Shown piece by piece: positions 27,419 to 37,459 of a stretch of DNA of 64,000 nt. The DNA is from a virus. Both the position numbers and the translations under genes were made by a program. The notes beneath the pieces are model-generated. The model was not told where the DNA came from, searched no databases, and saw nothing but the letters and a program-made list of their open reading frames with translations. The DNA lies in the IMG/VR virus record IMGVR_UViG_3300031688_001339; one strand, written 5' to 3'. Every line of letters starts with the position of its first letter. Positions within the stretch are counted from its first letter, which is position 1.

Positions 27419-30400
27419 ATGCCAAGTCCAACAGACTTCAATCTTTCACCTTACTACGATGACTTTAATGAAACAAAAAAGTTTCATAGAGTTCTTTTTA
27501 GACCAGCATTTGCTGTACAAGGTAGAGAGTTAACACAGTCACAGTCTATTCTACAGAATCAGATTGAGAGACTATCAGACCACGTCTTTGAACAAGGCGC
27601 TATGGTTATACCTGGTGATATTGGCTACGACTTAAACTATTACGCAGTTAAATTAACTTCATTTACAGATTCAGCTTCAGTTGGTATTACTCTATCAAAC
27701 TTTGTAGGGTTAACATTAACAGGTGCTTCTTCAGGTGTTCAGGCAAGAGTTGTACATCAAGTAGCAACAGATGGAACTGACCCTAACACATTATTTGTAA
27801 AATACATAAATTCAGGTACAGACAATACTAAAACTGCCTTTGATGATAGCGAAACAATTTCAGTTGCAACTACAATTGACGGAACAGGCACAACTGTTTC
27901 AGCAGTAGTTACTTCTACAGCAGTTGGTAGTGCAGCTTCAATTAAAGAAGGTGTTTATTACATAAATGGTTTTTATATCAAAGTAAATGACCAAGTTTTA
28001 ATACTAGACAAGTATACAAACACTCCTTCTTACAGAGTAGGTTTAACAGTAACAGAAAGTTTTGTAACACAAAACGATGACGCAACTTTAAATGATAATG
28101 CACAAGGCGTTTCAAATACAAATGCTCCAGGTGCTCACAGATTTAAAATAGATTTAACATTAGCTAAAAAATCTTTAACTGCTACAGATGACGCAAGTTT
28201 CGTAGAGTTATTAAGATTAAAAAAAGGTTTTATACAAAATCAAGTTAGAACAACTGAATATGCTATATTAGAAGATACATTAGCAAGAAGAACGTTTGAT
28301 GAATCAGGCGACTATGCAGTAAGAGACTTTGATTTAGATTTAAGAGAACATTTAATATCAGGTACTAACAGAGGAATATATTCATCAGGAAATGGTGGAT
28401 TAGAAACTAAAATTGCAGCTGGTCTAGCACCAGGTAAAGCATACGTTAGAGGTTTTGAAATAGAAACTATCGGTACTAGTTTTGTTGACGTAAACAAAGC
28501 AAGATCATTTGATACACAAAATAATTCTAATACTAGATTTGATATAGGTAACTTTGTATATGTTAATAATGTATATGGTTCTCCAGATGTTGGATTTGTT
28601 TCAGGTGATGTTGCAGCTTTCAAAAAAGTTGGTTTATACAATAAAGAAACATCAGCAAGAGGAACAGAAAATGCTGGTTCAGGTTCTAGTATAAATTCAA
28701 TAGGTCGTGCTAAGTCTAGAGGATTTGAATATACTTCAGGTTCAGCAACTTCAGGTTTCTTTGCTAGTTCTAGTGCAAACGCTTCAGTTTTCAAACACTA
28801 CTTATTTGACCTTGTTATGTTTACACATATCAACGTTGCAAAAAATCAATCGTTTACTAATGGTGAAAAAATTACAGGTAGTACTTCAGCTGCTACAGGC
28901 ACATACGAAAATATTTCAACAAACAATAGTCACACAATAACAGGTGCAACAGCAGCTAATCCTGTTGTAATAACATCGTCTAACACTTTAAAAGAAGGAC
29001 AACAAGTTACAATTTCTACCGTTGTTGGTATGACAGAATTAAATGGTAATACATATACAGTAAAAAATCCAACTGCTTCAAATTTTGAATTAGATGTAGA
29101 TGGTTCTTCTTTCACTACATATACAAGTGGTGGTATAGCAGATCAATCTGTTGTTGTTTTATCTAGTGTATCAGGAACATTTACACCTGGCGAAACTATA
29201 ACAGGTGCTATTTCATCTAACACTGCCACTATTCAAGCAAATGCTAGAGGTTTCAAAGGTGTTACTTCGTTTGATTTCTCATCTACTAAACAACTTGGTA
29301 TGGCTGGATCTCCAACATACACAGCAGACACTAAATTAGATAGTACATACGGAGAAAGTCTACAAATTACAGGTACAATATCAATTGCAAACAGTAGTAA
29401 TACTGTTACTGGTTTTGGTACTAAATTTAATACAGAATTAAGAGTTAATGACAAATTATCATTTACTACAAATGCAGGTACTACAGTTAATAAAATAGTT
29501 GAAGCAATTATTTCAGATACTAGTTTAGTATTTTCAACTGCTGTTGGTGGTTCAGATGTATCAACTAAATCCAATTCAAACAGAAATAGAGGTAAACTTA
29601 CAGATTCAAATAAGAACGTAAACGTATTTAAGTTACCTTATGAAAATGTTAAGACATTAAAAACAACGGCTAATTCAGGTGCTAGTGATACAAACTTTAA
29701 AGTTAGAAGACACTTCGCAACAACATTAGGATCAAATGGTGACGCAACCATTTCAGCAGGTACAAATGAAACATTTACAAGTCTAACAGAAAACGATTTT
29801 TCAGTCTCAATTATGACAACCGGTTCAGGTGGAACAGGTGCAGTAGGAGACTTTATGAGTTTAACAGGATCAAACCATGAGGGTGATTCAATATTTACAT
29901 TAGGTGGTTCTCCATCAGGTAAATCTTTAACGTTAGATTTTGGTTCTAATTTTGCAGGACATAAAATTAAAATCTTAGCAACAATCAATAGATCAGTTGT
30001 AGAAGAAAAAACAAAATCTTTAGTTACAGGTTATACAAGAAATCAAATTAGTTTAGCAGATATTAATAAACAAGGTGGTATGAGATTAAGTGTAGCTGAC
30101 GTTTACAAATTAAACTCTGTTAAAATGGCAACTGCTTTTGGTACTTACTCATCTTCAGGAGAAGTTGATATTACAGATAGATTTACTTTAGACAATGGTC
30201 AAAGAGATAACTTCTATGATATAGGTAGAGTATTTTTAAAAACAGGTGCAGTAGCACCAACAGGTTCAATTCAAATTAATGTAGATTACTTCTCTCACGG
30301 TTCAGGAGATGTATTTACTGTAGATAGTTATTCAGGTGCTGTTGACTATGCAGATATTCCTTCTCATACTTCCGATACAACAGGAGACATATTTGAGTTA

Positions 30401-33400
30401 AGAGATTGTTTAGACTTTAGACCAAGAGTTGACGATAACTCAACAATCAATAAAGGTGAACAAGACAAGTATTATAATGGTGCTGGCGCTTCAGTTGTAG
30501 ATGTTGCTAAGTTCGGTACTGATATAACTTCAGATTTAGAATATTACTTACCAAGAATAGATAAAATCTTTTTAGACAGAAACGGTAAGTTTAAGGTAGC
30601 AGAGGGCGCTAGTGCTTTAGTTCCTCAAGCACCAAAAGATATTGATAGTGCAATGCACCTTTACACTTTAGATGTGCCAGCATATACTTTATCTACAGAT
30701 GATATAACGATTACTAGAGTTGACAATAAAAGATACACAATGAGAGACATTGGTAGATTAGAGAATAGAATTGAAAATGTAGAATATTATACTCAACTAT
30801 CTTTGTTAGAATCACAAGCACAAAATTTGCAAGTACAAGACGCAGAAGGATTTGATAGATTTAAGAATGGATTTATAGTAGATAATTTCACAGGTCATAG
30901 TATAGGTGATGTAAAGAATTTAGACTACAAGGTTTCTATGGACATGGCAAGAGGTGAGTTAAGACCTATGTTCAATGAGGATGCCGTACAATTGATTGAA
31001 AGCGACAATGACGGTACTACTATTACTGCTTTAGATAGAACTGAAGCTAAGTATGCAAAAACAGGAGATTTAATTACTTTACCTTACACAGAGGCAACTT
31101 TAATTGATCAACCTTTTGCAAGTAAATTTGTTAACGTAAACCCTTTTGACATATTCACATGGTCAGGTAGTATTGCGTTAACACCACCGTCAGACGAATG
31201 GAAAGAAACAGAAAGAGTGCCAGAATTAGTTGTTAATTCAATAGGTGGTTTTGATACTCTAGTACAAAATTTAGGTAATCCAAATTTACAAAGTGTAGAA
31301 ATTGGTACAGTATGGAATGAATGGCAAGATTTCTGGACAGGAACACCAACTGTAACTGGCCGTAGAAGATTAGGAAACGTTAGACGAGGTAGAAGAATTA
31401 ATGCACGTCACGAAATTACTGAAACTGGTAATCAAACATCAACAAGAACAGGTGTTAGATCAACAATAGTACCACAGGTAGTAAGAAATTCAATTGGCGA
31501 CAGAGTTGTTAGTGTTGGTTTTGTTCCTTTTTTAAGAAGTAGAACATTATCATTTAGTGCTACAAGATTAAAACCTTTAACAAGAGTTTACCCTTTCTTT
31601 GATAACATTGATATAGCAACTTATGTTACACCAAATGGTGGTTCATTAGGTGGTAATATAGTTACAGATATTAATGGTGCTTGTTCAGGTACTTTTGCAA
31701 TTCCTGATCCAAAAGTTAATGCTAATCCAAGATGGAGAGCAGGTCAAAGAGTATTCAGATTAACAAGTTCATCAACAAACGTATTAAGTACGGCAGTTGA
31801 AACTTCAGGTGAAGCAGACTATATCGCAAAAGGTATTTTAGAAACAGTACAAGAGACAGTTGTTTCTACAAGAGAACCTTTAGTTGTTAGAGAAAGTACT
31901 GTTGAATCAGTTAGTAGATCAAACGTAACTGCTACACGTATTACAGAAATGACAATTGGTTGGACTGACCCATTAGCACAAACATTTATGATAGATGATG
32001 TTGGTGGTGTATTCTTAACTTCAATGGACTTATTCTTTAGTTCAAAAGATGACAATATTCCAGTAACAGTACAAATTAGAGAAGTAGTAAATGGTTATCC
32101 AGGAAAAAGAATAGTTCCATTTAGTGAATTAACTTTAAATCCGTCATCTGTAAACATAAGTACAGACGCAACAACAGCTACAACATTTACTTTTAACTCA
32201 CCAGTTTATTTACAAGAAAAAACAGAATATTGTTTTGTTGTAATGGCTAATACTAATAATTACAACTGTTATGTTGGAAGATTAGGTGAAAAAGTAATAG
32301 GTTCAGATAGAACAATTTCTCAACAACCTTATGCTGGTGTTATGTTTAAATCTCAAAACGGTTCTACATGGACAGCAGAACAAAATGAAGATATTAAATT
32401 TAAAATCAAAAGAGCAGAATTTGAAAATGTTACAGGTACAGTTACTTTAACTAATGACGCTTTACCTACTAGAACATTAAAAACTAATCCTATTAGAACA
32501 ACAAACTCTAGTGGTGTAATGACAGTTTCACATCCTAATCACGGTATGCATGGTACAACAAACAATGTTATAATTGCAGGTATTCCATCAGGAACTTACA
32601 ATGGTGTTGCTCATTCCGATATTAATGGAACATACACAAGTATTTCAAACGTAACTTTAGATAGTTATGATATTACAACAAGTGGTACAGCAAATGCTAC
32701 AGGAGATGTAGGTGGTACTGTTGTAACAGCAACACAAAACAGATTGTATGATGTTTTAAATCTAAACTTACAAACATTAAATGTTGCCGGTACAAGCATT
32801 GCATATAACATGAGACCTACTTCAGGTAGATCAGTACATGGTTCAGAAACAGAATTTAGTTTAACAGGCGAGACTAGTCAAGTATCAACTATTGCAAATG
32901 ACAATATTTACTTCACTTCACCTCAACTAGTTGCAAGTGCAATAAACGAAACAAACGAATTATCAGGAAGTAAGTCTTTATTTGTAAATCTTACTTTCAA
33001 TACTACTAACACTAAATTATCTCCAGTATTAGATATGCAAAGAGTTAGTGCTTACACAATTCAAAACAGAATTAACAAAGCAACAACAGGTAATACACCT
33101 AATTATGTTTCAGACATAGCTGCAAGTGATACATCATCAGCAGCTGCCTACATAACTAAATCTGTCGTACTAGATAATATCTCAACTGCTTTAGATGTAA
33201 GATTAACGCAGAATGTAAGATCAAGTTCTAGTGTAAAAGTTTATTACAGACTATCTTCTTCCGAAGAAGCTAGACTAATAGGTGATATAGGTTGGACACC
33301 ATTTAACAGTACAGGACTAGAAGACACAACAGTTACACCTGCTGAAGATGATAATACATTTAAAGAGTACAAATATAGTGCTTCAGGATTAAATGAGTTT

Positions 33401-33493
33401 ACTACTTTTCAAATAAAAATAGTTATGGAAGGAACAAACTCAGCATATCCACCAATAGTAAGAGATTTAAGAGGTATTGCATTAGCGATATAA
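27419..33493 (+). CDS. large virion structural protein (VrlC-like)
   Basis: N.SPYYDDF...K.F.RVLFRP...VQ.RELTQ.Q, APGAHR, LARRT.DESG.Y, RYTMRDIG.LE.RI, RFKNGF.VDNF, DPLAQTF. Confidence 0.85.
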   Translation: MPSPTDFNLSPYYDDFNETKKFHRVLFRPAFAVQGRELTQSQSILQNQIERLSDHVFEQGAMVIPGDIGYDLNYYAVKLTSFTDSASVGITLSNFVGLTLTGASSGVQARVVHQVATDGTDPNTLFVKYINSGTDNTKTAFDDSETISVATTIDGTGTTVSAVVTSTAVGSAASIKEGVYYINGFYIKVNDQVLILDKYTNTPSYRVGLTVTESFVTQNDDATLNDNAQGVSNTNAPGAHRFKIDLTLAKKSLTATDDASFVELLRLKKGFIQNQVRTTEYAILEDTLARRTFDESGDYAVRDFDLDLREHLISGTNRGIYSSGNGGLETKIAAGLAPGKAYVRGFEIETIGTSFVDVNKARSFDTQNNSNTRFDIGNFVYVNNVYGSPDVGFVSGDVAAFKKVGLYNKETSARGTENAGSGSSINSIGRAKSRGFEYTSGSATSGFFASSSANASVFKHYLFDLVMFTHINVAKNQSFTNGEKITGSTSAATGTYENISTNNSHTITGATAANPVVITSSNTLKEGQQVTISTVVGMTELNGNTYTVKNPTASNFELDVDGSSFTTYTSGGIADQSVVVLSSVSGTFTPGETITGAISSNTATIQANARGFKGVTSFDFSSTKQLGMAGSPTYTADTKLDSTYGESLQITGTISIANSSNTVTGFGTKFNTELRVNDKLSFTTNAGTTVNKIVEAIISDTSLVFSTAVGGSDVSTKSNSNRNRGKLTDSNKNVNVFKLPYENVKTLKTTANSGASDTNFKVRRHFATTLGSNGDATISAGTNETFTSLTENDFSVSIMTTGSGGTGAVGDFMSLTGSNHEGDSIFTLGGSPSGKSLTLDFGSNFAGHKIKILATINRSVVEEKTKSLVTGYTRNQISLADINKQGGMRLSVADVYKLNSVKMATAFGTYSSSGEVDITDRFTLDNGQRDNFYDIGRVFLKTGAVAPTGSIQINVDYFSHGSGDVFTVDSYSGAVDYADIPSHTSDTTGDIFELRDCLDFRPRVDDNSTINKGEQDKYYNGAGASVVDVAKFGTDITSDLEYYLPRIDKIFLDRNGKFKVAEGASALVPQAPKDIDSAMHLYTLDVPAYTLSTDDITITRVDNKRYTMRDIGRLENRIENVEYYTQLSLLESQAQNLQVQDAEGFDRFKNGFIVDNFTGHSIGDVKNLDYKVSMDMARGELRPMFNEDAVQLIESDNDGTTITALDRTEAKYAKTGDLITLPYTEATLIDQPFASKFVNVNPFDIFTWSGSIALTPPSDEWKETERVPELVVNSIGGFDTLVQNLGNPNLQSVEIGTVWNEWQDFWTGTPTVTGRRRLGNVRRGRRINARHEITETGNQTSTRTGVRSTIVPQVVRNSIGDRVVSVGFVPFLRSRTLSFSATRLKPLTRVYPFFDNIDIATYVTPNGGSLGGNIVTDINGACSGTFAIPDPKVNANPRWRAGQRVFRLTSSSTNVLSTAVETSGEADYIAKGILETVQETVVSTREPLVVRESTVESVSRSNVTATRITEMTIGWTDPLAQTFMIDDVGGVFLTSMDLFFSSKDDNIPVTVQIREVVNGYPGKRIVPFSELTLNPSSVNISTDATTATTFTFNSPVYLQEKTEYCFVVMANTNNYNCYVGRLGEKVIGSDRTISQQPYAGVMFKSQNGSTWTAEQNEDIKFKIKRAEFENVTGTVTLTNDALPTRTLKTNPIRTTNSSGVMTVSHPNHGMHGTTNNVIIAGIPSGTYNGVAHSDINGTYTSISNVTLDSYDITTSGTANATGDVGGTVVTATQNRLYDVLNLNLQTLNVAGTSIAYNMRPTSGRSVHGSETEFSLTGETSQVSTIANDNIYFTSPQLVASAINETNELSGSKSLFVNLTFNTTNTKLSPVLDMQRVSAYTIQNRINKATTGNTPNYVSDIAASDTSSAAAYITKSVVLDNISTALDVRLTQNVRSSSSVKVYYRLSSSEEARLIGDIGWTPFNSTGLEDTTVTPAEDDNTFKEYKYSASGLNEFTTFQIKIVMEGTNSAYPPIVRDLRGIALAI

Positions 33494-33497
33494 TATT

Positions 33498-33719
33498 ATG
33501 GCAACTAATACATTAAAAGTACAAGGATTTGATGATTTAGTAAGAGACATAGATACCAAGGCTATTATTAACACTAATAGATCAGAATATAACTCATATA
33601 TGAAAAGAGTTAAATCTAGAGAAAGTGGCAATGATATGGTAAGAGGTCTTGTAACAGAGATAAATAATTTAAAGAAAGAATTATACGATATTAAGAAAGA
33701 TTTAAAAAAAGGTAAATAG
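33498..33719 (+). CDS. conserved small T4-like protein
   Basis: KV.G...LVRD..T.AIIN motif and C-terminal coiled coil. Confidence 0.75.
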   Translation: MATNTLKVQGFDDLVRDIDTKAIINTNRSEYNSYMKRVKSRESGNDMVRGLVTEINNLKKELYDIKKDLKKGK

Positions 33720-33721
33720 TT

Positions 33722-34258
33722 ATGGCAGTAAAAAATATATCAGGAACAGACACACTAGAAACATTTAGAACACAGTTTAACGACTTAGCTTTAAATGACT
33801 TTGGTGATTCTGCTTTACTTGCAAGTGCAGGTATATCAGCAACGTCTGTTGTGGGTGCAGTAGTAGAATTATCTTCACAAATAGGTACAGGTCAAGGACA
33901 CTATATTAGAGACGCAAGTTCAACAGTTCAGTTAATTGCTCCAGGTAATACTATATCTTTTCTAGGTACAAGTAATCAGATAAATGCTGTAGTTTCAAGT
34001 CCCGATACAGTAACACTTGCTTTTCCAACTAACGTAAATGTTGTTAATTTGACAGTTAGTGGTACTTTAAATGGACAGACTGTAACCTTTCCAAGTACAG
34101 CAGGAGAAATAATATCAACTGGTTCAATAGATTTAGTTGCTGAAACTATGATGGCTGATGACGCTATTGGTTCAACACAAATGAAAACATTATCTACACT
34201 ATTAATTAAAAATAGTTCAGGTTCTACTTTAAAAACACTACACGGCGCCGGCGTTTAA
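33722..34258 (+). CDS. putative structural/fibre protein
   Basis: TDTLETFR..FN N-terminus typical of T4-like fibre proteins; IKNSSGSTLKT C-terminus. Confidence 0.65.
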   Translation: MAVKNISGTDTLETFRTQFNDLALNDFGDSALLASAGISATSVVGAVVELSSQIGTGQGHYIRDASSTVQLIAPGNTISFLGTSNQINAVVSSPDTVTLAFPTNVNVVNLTVSGTLNGQTVTFPSTAGEIISTGSIDLVAETMMADDAIGSTQMKTLSTLLIKNSSGSTLKTLHGAGV

Positions 34259-34278
34259 AACTAGTCACTTAACGGTGA

Positions 34279-34286
34279 TATAAATA
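34279..34286 (+). promoter_or_regulatory. T4-type late promoter
   Basis: TATAAATA, 5 nt before the ATG. Confidence 0.75.
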
Positions 34287-34291
34287 AGATT

Positions 34292-35023
34292 ATGAATATA
34301 TTATTAACAGGCAGTGAAGGATTTATAGGTAAACACCTTCATAAACATCTAGAAAAAAACAATCACAAAGTAATCCCAATAGACAAACTAACAGGTAACG
34401 ATTTATTAAATTGTGACCTTAAATACGATGTAGATTTAGTCATACACTTGGCTGGTCTATCAGGTGTTAGAGATAGTTTAGATAGACCTACAGAATACTG
34501 GAAAGAAAATGTAATTGCAGGTCAGAGACTATTTGAATACTTTCCAGACACAAGAATACTATATGCAAGTTCATCAACAGCAATAGAACCTTGGCGTAAT
34601 CCTTATGCCATGAGTAAACTATCTTTAGAACAATTAGCACCTAAAAATAGTGTCGGTATGAGATTTACAACTGTATACGGACCAGGCGCTAGAGAACATA
34701 TGTTGATACCAAGAATTTTAAGAAATGATGTACCATTTATTCATACCAATCATACAAGAGACTTTATTCATGTAAATGATATATTAAGTGCGATTGATAC
34801 ATTAATAAAAAGTGATTATCAAGGTGTAACCGATGTTGGTAGAGGAGAGTCTTACAATCTATTAGATTTGATCGCAACATTTAAAATTGATTGTGAAAGA
34901 GCTATAGGTGGTGAGTTTGAGAGATTAGATAACAAAGCAGATAACACAGTATTAAACAAACTAAATTGGTCAACTACAATTGACCTATATGATTATATAA
35001 AGGATAGAAAAAATGTTCAATGA
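34292..35023 (+). CDS. NAD-dependent nucleotide-sugar epimerase/dehydratase
   Basis: TGSEGFIG, HLAG, YASSS, PYAMSK (YxxxK), RF.TVYGPG, RDFIHV.D. Confidence 0.92.
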   Translation: MNILLTGSEGFIGKHLHKHLEKNNHKVIPIDKLTGNDLLNCDLKYDVDLVIHLAGLSGVRDSLDRPTEYWKENVIAGQRLFEYFPDTRILYASSSTAIEPWRNPYAMSKLSLEQLAPKNSVGMRFTTVYGPGAREHMLIPRILRNDVPFIHTNHTRDFIHVNDILSAIDTLIKSDYQGVTDVGRGESYNLLDLIATFKIDCERAIGGEFERLDNKADNTVLNKLNWSTTIDLYDYIKDRKNVQ

Positions 35024-35495
35024 AGAATTATTAAAAAACCATCTAGTTTCAGCACACTTTACTAACAGTGATAGAACATGGATTGAAGTATTAACAAATG
35101 AAGTAAAAGGTAGTTTAACACCTTATCATATTGAGTATGATGAAAATCATTCTCTATACCAATTGTTAAGTAAATTCGTAACTGTAGACCAATTGCATGA
35201 AAATACATATGCTAGAAATGAAGAAGCAAGAAAAGAGTTTGAAAAATCAAGTTTAGAGATAGCTGTTAAAGCAGGTCTTGTACAAACAGACGAAACATCA
35301 CCAACTAGAGTACTTGACTACATCTTTAACAAAAAAGAAAGTGAAGATGAAATGTTTGCTTTGAAGATTGCTTTATTTGAAATTGATGAGATTAAAGATT
35401 CTAAAGATGTCAAAGCTAAGAAAGCAATGAGAAAGAGTAAGACTAAACTTGAACTGTTGAAATCGGCGATTGATCTTTATAGTGCGGAATTATAA
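35013..35495 (+). CDS. hypothetical protein
   Basis: 160-aa ORF, SD AAGGA. Confidence 0.7.
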   Translation: MFNEELLKNHLVSAHFTNSDRTWIEVLTNEVKGSLTPYHIEYDENHSLYQLLSKFVTVDQLHENTYARNEEARKEFEKSSLEIAVKAGLVQTDETSPTRVLDYIFNKKESEDEMFALKIALFEIDEIKDSKDVKAKKAMRKSKTKLELLKSAIDLYSAEL

Positions 35496-36054
35496 AATCT
35501 GACCACCAACCATTCCAACCTGGTTCTAAAAGATGGTTCATTTGACCTAGAGTACATATACTAAATTCTTTTGGTGGCACTTCATACATATAGTTTTTAA
35601 TAGAAGGACAAACTTTATCATAGTTTTTGTAATCTATTTCTCTATAGTAAAATTCATCACTACCTTTATTGTACTTTTCAAGATACATTTTTTCATTTGA
35701 TTTAAATTTATCCCATATGTGAGAAACATCTCCTGTCCATGAAACAATAGTAGAGTTTAGTGGTGTGTGGGCTTCTTCTCTCCACCACAAATCATTCAAT
35801 AAAGTAAAGTCTTTACGAAATAAATTAGGTAACTCCTTCCATATAATAACATCTAAATCAAAATATAAATTTTCCCCATCACGAAATTTGTCATACATTT
35901 GAAACTTATTGTACCAATTACCGTAAAGGTCCGTTTCTAAAACTTCAAAACTATCATAAGATATTCCAGAGTGGAAATCTATCATATATTTTAAGTTATC
36001 AACATGCCATTGAGTAAACTTATTACCAAATTTACAAGCTATTATTCTTCTCAT
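35443..36054 (-). CDS. glycosyltransferase-like protein (GT-A, DxD)
   Basis: C.FG.KF...V..L, WYNKF, YFDLDV, NS.IV.W, GSD. Confidence 0.75.
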   Translation of the reverse strand: MRRIIACKFGNKFTQWHVDNLKYMIDFHSGISYDSFEVLETDLYGNWYNKFQMYDKFRDGENLYFDLDVIIWKELPNLFRKDFTLLNDLWWREEAHTPLNSTIVSWTGDVSHIWDKFKSNEKMYLEKYNKGSDEFYYREIDYKNYDKVCPSIKNYMYEVPPKEFSICTLGQMNHLLEPGWNGWWSDFIIPHYKDQSPISTVQV

Positions 36055-36056
36055 TA

Positions 36057-36692
36057 TTAACTCCTAGGAGGCGTTCTATCAGAAACAACATAGGGTATTC
36101 CATCACTGTAATACCTTACATCATCAATGTCACATATTAAATCAAGATTAGCCCATTGTCCTGATTTTTTAATTTTTTGATATAAATTTGCAAAAGATTT
36201 CATATATTTTTCAGGTCCTACACCAGATACTTCATAGTCTCCACACATAGACAATATTATTTGTGTATAGTGACCTTGTTCAGCCCAACGTAAAGCAGAG
36301 TGATCTAATGTTTTAAAAACACAACCTGCTAGGTTTTGACCTGCTACAAGTACGTTTTGAATTTCTTTACCTTTTAATTTGAATTTATTTTTTATACTCA
36401 CAATGGAGTTAAGGTTTCCATTTTTATATTTGCTATCCCATTCTAACCACTGCCAATCATATCTTCCTTTAACTTCTTCGTATAAGTTATTTAGATTGTA
36501 TGCATTAGGAACTTTTTCATCTAAATTTTCAGATACTATACAAAGGTCTTCACAAGGGTGTTCAAACAGTAATCTTTTTAAAGTACTGAAACGAAGATCC
36601 TCTAACTCTTTGTCACGGTTAAGAAACGAATTACCTTCAAAGTCAATTAAGTTTAGAAGTGTGACTTGTTTAAGTTTTTCTGGGTGGTACAT
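36057..36692 (-). CDS. isochorismatase/cysteine-hydrolase-like protein
   Basis: LIDFEG near the N-terminus and V.VAGQNLAGCV catalytic-Cys-like motif. Confidence 0.5.
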   Translation of the reverse strand: MYHPEKLKQVTLLNLIDFEGNSFLNRDKELEDLRFSTLKRLLFEHPCEDLCIVSENLDEKVPNAYNLNNLYEEVKGRYDWQWLEWDSKYKNGNLNSIVSIKNKFKLKGKEIQNVLVAGQNLAGCVFKTLDHSALRWAEQGHYTQIILSMCGDYEVSGVGPEKYMKSFANLYQKIKKSGQWANLDLICDIDDVRYYSDGIPYVVSDRTPPRS

Positions 36693-36694
36693 TA

Positions 36695-37450
36695 TTAATC
36701 TTCAAATGCCCATGTCTTCTCGTTACACCAGAAACATTTATTACAATTTTCAAGAGTTTGCGACCAAGCACATGATTTAGTTAAAGGATATAAACTATCC
36801 ATTAGATTGTGTTCTTTAAAAACACCTGCTACGAATTTCTTATCGTTTCTTAAATAAGGTTGATATGTAAGACCACCTTTATCTATTGTGTCCATAACTT
36901 TCAGTTTACTTTCACCAGGATCTCTTTTTCTTTCTGCCACTTTATAAAATCCTCTTTCTTTCTGTACATCTACAGGAGGATTAGAAGTCATAGCCATAAC
37001 AACAGGTGCGTCATACTGTAAAGACATTTTTGATCTTTTATCTCTATTTTGTAAAGCCTTTGAACAACCATTTAATGTTCCCCACATAGAAACTTTTTTA
37101 CCATTTACTATAAGACTACCTTTTGGTGAGGCCATTGCTAGTTTTGCTTTCTCTTGCCAAACTGGATCAGACGTAGATACTGTAAATATCTTTAGATCAT
37201 GTAGTTTAGGAAATTTGTTTTGTAACCATTGATGTACTTCTATAGCACGTTCAGTGTCTATAGGACAGTCTTCATCTTTGGTATGAAAAGGGTACATATC
37301 TATGTTAGGAAAGTTTGTACCTATTAAGTATGTAAGTGATGATGAATCACAGCCACCTGATAATGATACTACAACCTTATCTGGTGGTCCTTCTGGAAAA
37401 TGTTCTTTTCCGAATAAGTCAATAGTTTGATTGCCGTATGTTAGTTCCAT
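36695..37450 (-). CDS. QueC-like PP-loop ATP pyrophosphatase
   Basis: SLSGGCDSS PP-loop; P....DK; C-terminal T.SC...C..C.WC.EK zinc site. Confidence 0.8.
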   Translation of the reverse strand: MELTYGNQTIDLFGKEHFPEGPPDKVVVSLSGGCDSSSLTYLIGTNFPNIDMYPFHTKDEDCPIDTERAIEVHQWLQNKFPKLHDLKIFTVSTSDPVWQEKAKLAMASPKGSLIVNGKKVSMWGTLNGCSKALQNRDKRSKMSLQYDAPVVMAMTSNPPVDVQKERGFYKVAERKRDPGESKLKVMDTIDKGGLTYQPYLRNDKKFVAGVFKEHNLMDSLYPLTKSCAWSQTLENCNKCFWCNEKTWAFED

Positions 37451-37459
37451 AATAAATCC

